Shown here in pieces: positions 59,776 through 64,000 of a DNA stretch of 64,000 nucleotides. The stretch is from NCBI GenBank assembly GCA_044892525.1, contig CM097885.1, positions 7,070,001 to 7,134,000 on the forward strand, read 5' to 3'. Source of the DNA: Schmidtea polychroa. Lineage: Eukaryota. The notes beneath the pieces were generated by a model that saw only the letters and a list, made by a program, of their open reading frames with translations, had not been told where the DNA came from and did not search any database. Every line of letters begins with the position of its first letter. The stretch's first letter is position 1. The position numbers and the translations under genes are program-made.

Positions 59776-59812
59776 TAGTACTGATGAGAGTCAAGAGCTC
59801 GAATTTCTACTA
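59776..59812 (+). ncRNA. Hammerhead motif (family B), stem III partly deleted
   Basis: tagta-CTGATGA-gag(tcaagag)ctc-GAA-tt-TC-tacta; perfect 5-bp stem I. Confidence 0.6.
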
Positions 59813-59849
59813 TTGGGGTTTGCACTGGGTATCACAAAGCTTGTACTGT

Positions 59850-60022
<173 letters not shown>

Positions 60023-61769
60023 TTTATTAATTGGGGGAAAACAGTTTATAAATTATTTCTATTAAAACAATTATAGTTGTCGTTTTAAAGAAAGTTTTTG
60101 GTTACGATAAATTGTTATTTTTTTAACGGTTGTTGAGAATTAAGTTACAGCAAAATTCTGTAATAAATACTTAATTAGTAAAAGTTTTCAATTTTCTATA
60201 AGAATTTCGTCTGAAAAGATTTGTTTTAATTAAGTTGATGAGATAAGTATCTTATGCTGGATATCTAATTGACGCTTTTTTGAAATATTTTCATAATTAA
60301 AATAATTTTATTTGTTTTAATTAATGATATTTATGTGGGACTGTGAATTGTCATTGGACAAAGAACTTTATTAAGTATGTATATATATTTTTTCGATCTT
60401 AATTGAATTGTTATTATTTTGTTTAAACAAAGAGTTCATTTCATGCCAAGAAACATTAATATAAAGATTAAAAAGGTCTTTCCAGACATTTGAAAGTCAT
60501 GAAGAAAAGAACTTCTGAAAATGTTCATTTTATAATATTTTTATTCTGGGTACAAATGATAATTTGTTTTAATAAAAATGAAATTAGAGAAAAAGAAAGC
60601 AATTGTATTACCGACAGAGATCATTCAGATTGAAAAAGTCATTTTCATTGTAGCACTTAACATGGTACATAGAAGGCTTTCCATTTTCATTAAATATAAT
60701 AGCTTATACTGTTATAATTTTCATATACTATTGTTGTGAGGAGAGAATTTTGACTTTTCTTTTTTTATAACAAATAACATGTAAAACATAGAACATTGCA
60801 TTTTCCTCTTTATCGTAGGTAACTCCACCACCAACCTTTTATTTCAAAATTGATGCGCTTTACAACTCTCCTTTTAATACATTCTCAATACATACTTTTA
60901 ATAAATTTGTAATTATTAACTTCCTTTAATTTTGCTGGGATTTAACTGTATTTTATCCCTCCTTTGATAAGGTTCTCTCTGGATCAAGCATTTATTAAAT
61001 TGCATTATCTGACTAAAATCATCTAACTCTTTGCCTGTTTGTTATATCAACTAATTAATTAATTATTTTGTATTTTTGATATAACCTTTACTAAGGACCC
61101 ACTATCGATTTGAAATTATTATATTCATTTTGTCTTTTCATTTGCCTCCTGCATTTCCCTCAAAAAATATTGATTTTTACATTTTTTGTTTTGTACAAAA
61201 TTCTCTATACATTTTCCATTAATTTATACAATCCCTGCAATATTGTATTTATTTAAGTTGCGTTGGAAGTACTTTTTATTTATACCATTCATTAAATTGT
61301 CACTTTTGGATAGGATGAATTTCCCTAAATTTCCCTAATGTCAAAACATACACGAAGTCAATCAAAATATGAAATATTCTCTACTAATATTAAACAATAT
61401 TTTGATATTATAACAGAAATATGTAATTTTATTCAATTTAAAATAATTACAAATTGAAGTTGGGTTATTGCTACATTTCTAACTGTTCTAAGTGCAAAAT
61501 GCTCCTACATTTCGTTATAAAGAAGTTTGTATCATGTTAAGTGAAAAAATATAGCGAAATAATTCAGATCTGAAATTTACGGAGGCTTTACTTATCAGAA
61601 AATTAATTACATAAATTTATTTATTATTCAACAAACAAATATTTTCATTTATTAAAATGATTTCTTGTTAGCATCATAAATTAAATGTTAAACAAGGGAC
61701 ATAATATTAGGGATTATCATATAATTTACTTGTTTGAAAATTTTTATAACAATAATAATAATAATAATA

Positions 61770-61817
<48 letters not shown>

Positions 61818-64000
61818 GTAAAGAAGAATAATAAATAAATATTACACAATTAATCAAAAAAACCTGTTACATAATAACATGTCAAAATCGTAGTTTCAAG
61901 ATCAGAGTTTATTTATGATGTTTGATGCTAGTTTTTGAATATTGTAATATATGTATTTGTGCAGATATTTTGTATCAATAATTATTAAACCAATAAACTT
62001 CCTTTTAGATATCATGCAATGAAGAGCTATATAATGATGTGTTTCTAATTAACAATTATTATTATTATTATTTTCTAATAATTTTATTATGAGCAATTAT
62101 AATATTTTATTTCTTTGATTCAAGTTCGTGTAGTTTAATGTATATTTTTGTATGTATTGCACTGCACATTTTTGCATTACTATTAATTAATTAAATTATT
62201 TATATATTTATTTTATTTATATTTATTTTACAAAAATCGAGTAGCAGTAAAAGTAATTAATTGAAAATTAAAATTAGAAGTTGCTGTCATATTCAATTTA
62301 TTATAAATAAAGAATTATTTTTATGTGGAGACATTCCGATATTACCGGTTTGACTTTAATTGCTTCATGTCTATTATTTATAGCTGCATTTATCCCCAAT
62401 ATTATTGGGTTTTTTTTAATTGAAAATTTTCAAACACAGTGGCTGAGTTGTTACTGATATGTTGGTTTCTGGAGGATAATAATTAATTTCCCAAAATTTC
62501 CTCCAACAACTCATCATTCCATGCCAGACAATCCAATCTGGTAAATTATTATTCTTGTTGTTATTTGTGGAGAATTTTAAATTTTAAACTTTTCTGTCTG
62601 TGAAAAGGACAAATTTTCTGTTCTGACATATCTTTCAGTTTTTTTATTAGAATTTATTTTGTAGGCCTTTCTCTCTATTAGGAATTGACTTTATATATTT
62701 CCCTGTTTGTTAATGTTTTGGTTTTGTTATGTTATTCGAATTTTTCTGTAAAGTTTGTGAAATATTGCTTCTTTTGATACTAGTTCTTTATAAAATATGT
62801 TATCCAAAATTGCAAGATAAGCATGTTTTTTCGTACACTTTGTACAAACACTTGTAAGAATATTTTTTTTATAATATACTTTGCTTTTTTAATTAAATAT
62901 ATAGTTATTTACTAGGAAGGATTCTTTTAATTTTGCAATAAAAGCTAGGCATAGGAAAATGAGTTTATAAAGGATGTACTGGTATTGAGCTACGTGTATG
63001 TCAGGTGATTTTAAGACGAAAGAGTCGTATAGATATAATTCTCTGGTTATTTCTAGTCTGTCTTTATTTTGTGTTTAAATTGTATTTATATATAATTGCA
63101 TAAAAAAAGAAAAAAAACATTTAAAACAGATAAGAGAAAGCTATTGGAAATATAGCAATGATCAAGTTTTATATTTTTATTTGAAGACATTGAAGTATAA
63201 AGTGGTATTAATAAACAAAATTTGAAACCTAGTAAGGAAATTTCAATTCAAAGTCCGCAACAATTATCTACACAAATAGCTAGTGTAGTCTTAACATCCC
63301 TAATTCTTGTATTAGTGCATTGTCATTTGTGAAGTAACTGTAATTGGATATTTGATTGCCTTGATCTTTATTTTATATTTATTATTGAATATTAATGTTG
63401 TCATGTTAGTTTGGTAAATATTAAATGACTAAATCCTTAAATTTTGTTATTGTTTAGTAATGATTCAAATTATAAATAATAGTACTGAGGGTTCTACCCC
63501 TCTAACGTAAAGACCCCAGATAAGAATCACATTGTCAGACCACGTACACCATTAAATTAAAAAATAAAAAACTTAGTACCTATGAAAAACTTACTGCCTA
63601 GTATTTAGTAAAAACCAATTACTCGATAAATAATTTATTAATTTGATGAAAATGGCTTTGGGCTGGAGGAAATAGAACCCTCACTAATTGGAAAAAAATA
63701 ATAATTTTATTGACTTGGAAAATATTTGGGAAAAGTTCTTGGAAAATTTTGGGACTTATTTGAGTCACTTAGATATATCTTCACTACTCCATTTCTTGAG
63801 ACTTGGAAAATTCTCTGATTTGCACCTGCGCAAATATTATCGCTATAAAAATGTATTTTTGCAAACCTTTTAATAAATATATTTCAAAATCTCATTAAGT
63901 GAAACATGAAAGAACCCAAGGTTCAAAAAATAAAATGTGGTGGGATCTACAACAAGTGAGATAATAATCATTATACATTTCCAAATCATTCTTTTCTTGT

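Noticed and set aside
63486..63683. 11-bp inverted repeat tgagggttcta/tagaaccctca ~200 bp apart
   Set aside because: No clear TSD and no second copy in the window; insufficient for a MITE call.

Overview
AT-rich, intron-containing animal genomic DNA, not prokaryotic. It is most consistent with a triclad planarian, an inference from ~50-nt mini-introns, (AAT)n arrays, an atypical TRAF and the 18S pseudogene sequence. Two host genes lie on the + strand. The first is the 3' ten exons of a GRK2/3-type (beta-adrenergic receptor kinase, Gprk1-like) gene spread over 1931-36659, with its 5' exons outside the window. The second is a compact 4-exon RING-TRAF/MATH gene at 53238-54733. Introns and intergenic DNA are packed with mobile DNA: an apparently intact hATm-type transposon (perfect 14-bp TIRs, perfect 8-bp TSD, ~740-aa ORF), decayed Tip100/ZMYM1-like and Ac/ZBED-like hATs (one nested), pogo/Tigger and MULE-SWIM remnants, piggyBac-type MITEs, a non-autonomous Helitron and several Penelope-like (PLE) retroelement fragments. 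An internally deleted 18S rRNA pseudogene lies at 38331-38936. The most interesting signal not visible in the ORF track is six minimal type-I hammerhead ribozyme motifs in two families. Four belong to a family with compensatory stem changes, a conserved extra U in the core and palindromic stem-III loops. The best-preserved copy lies on the sense strand of the GRK2 pre-mRNA about 270 nt after a splice donor. All calls come from reading the sequence; no database searches were run.
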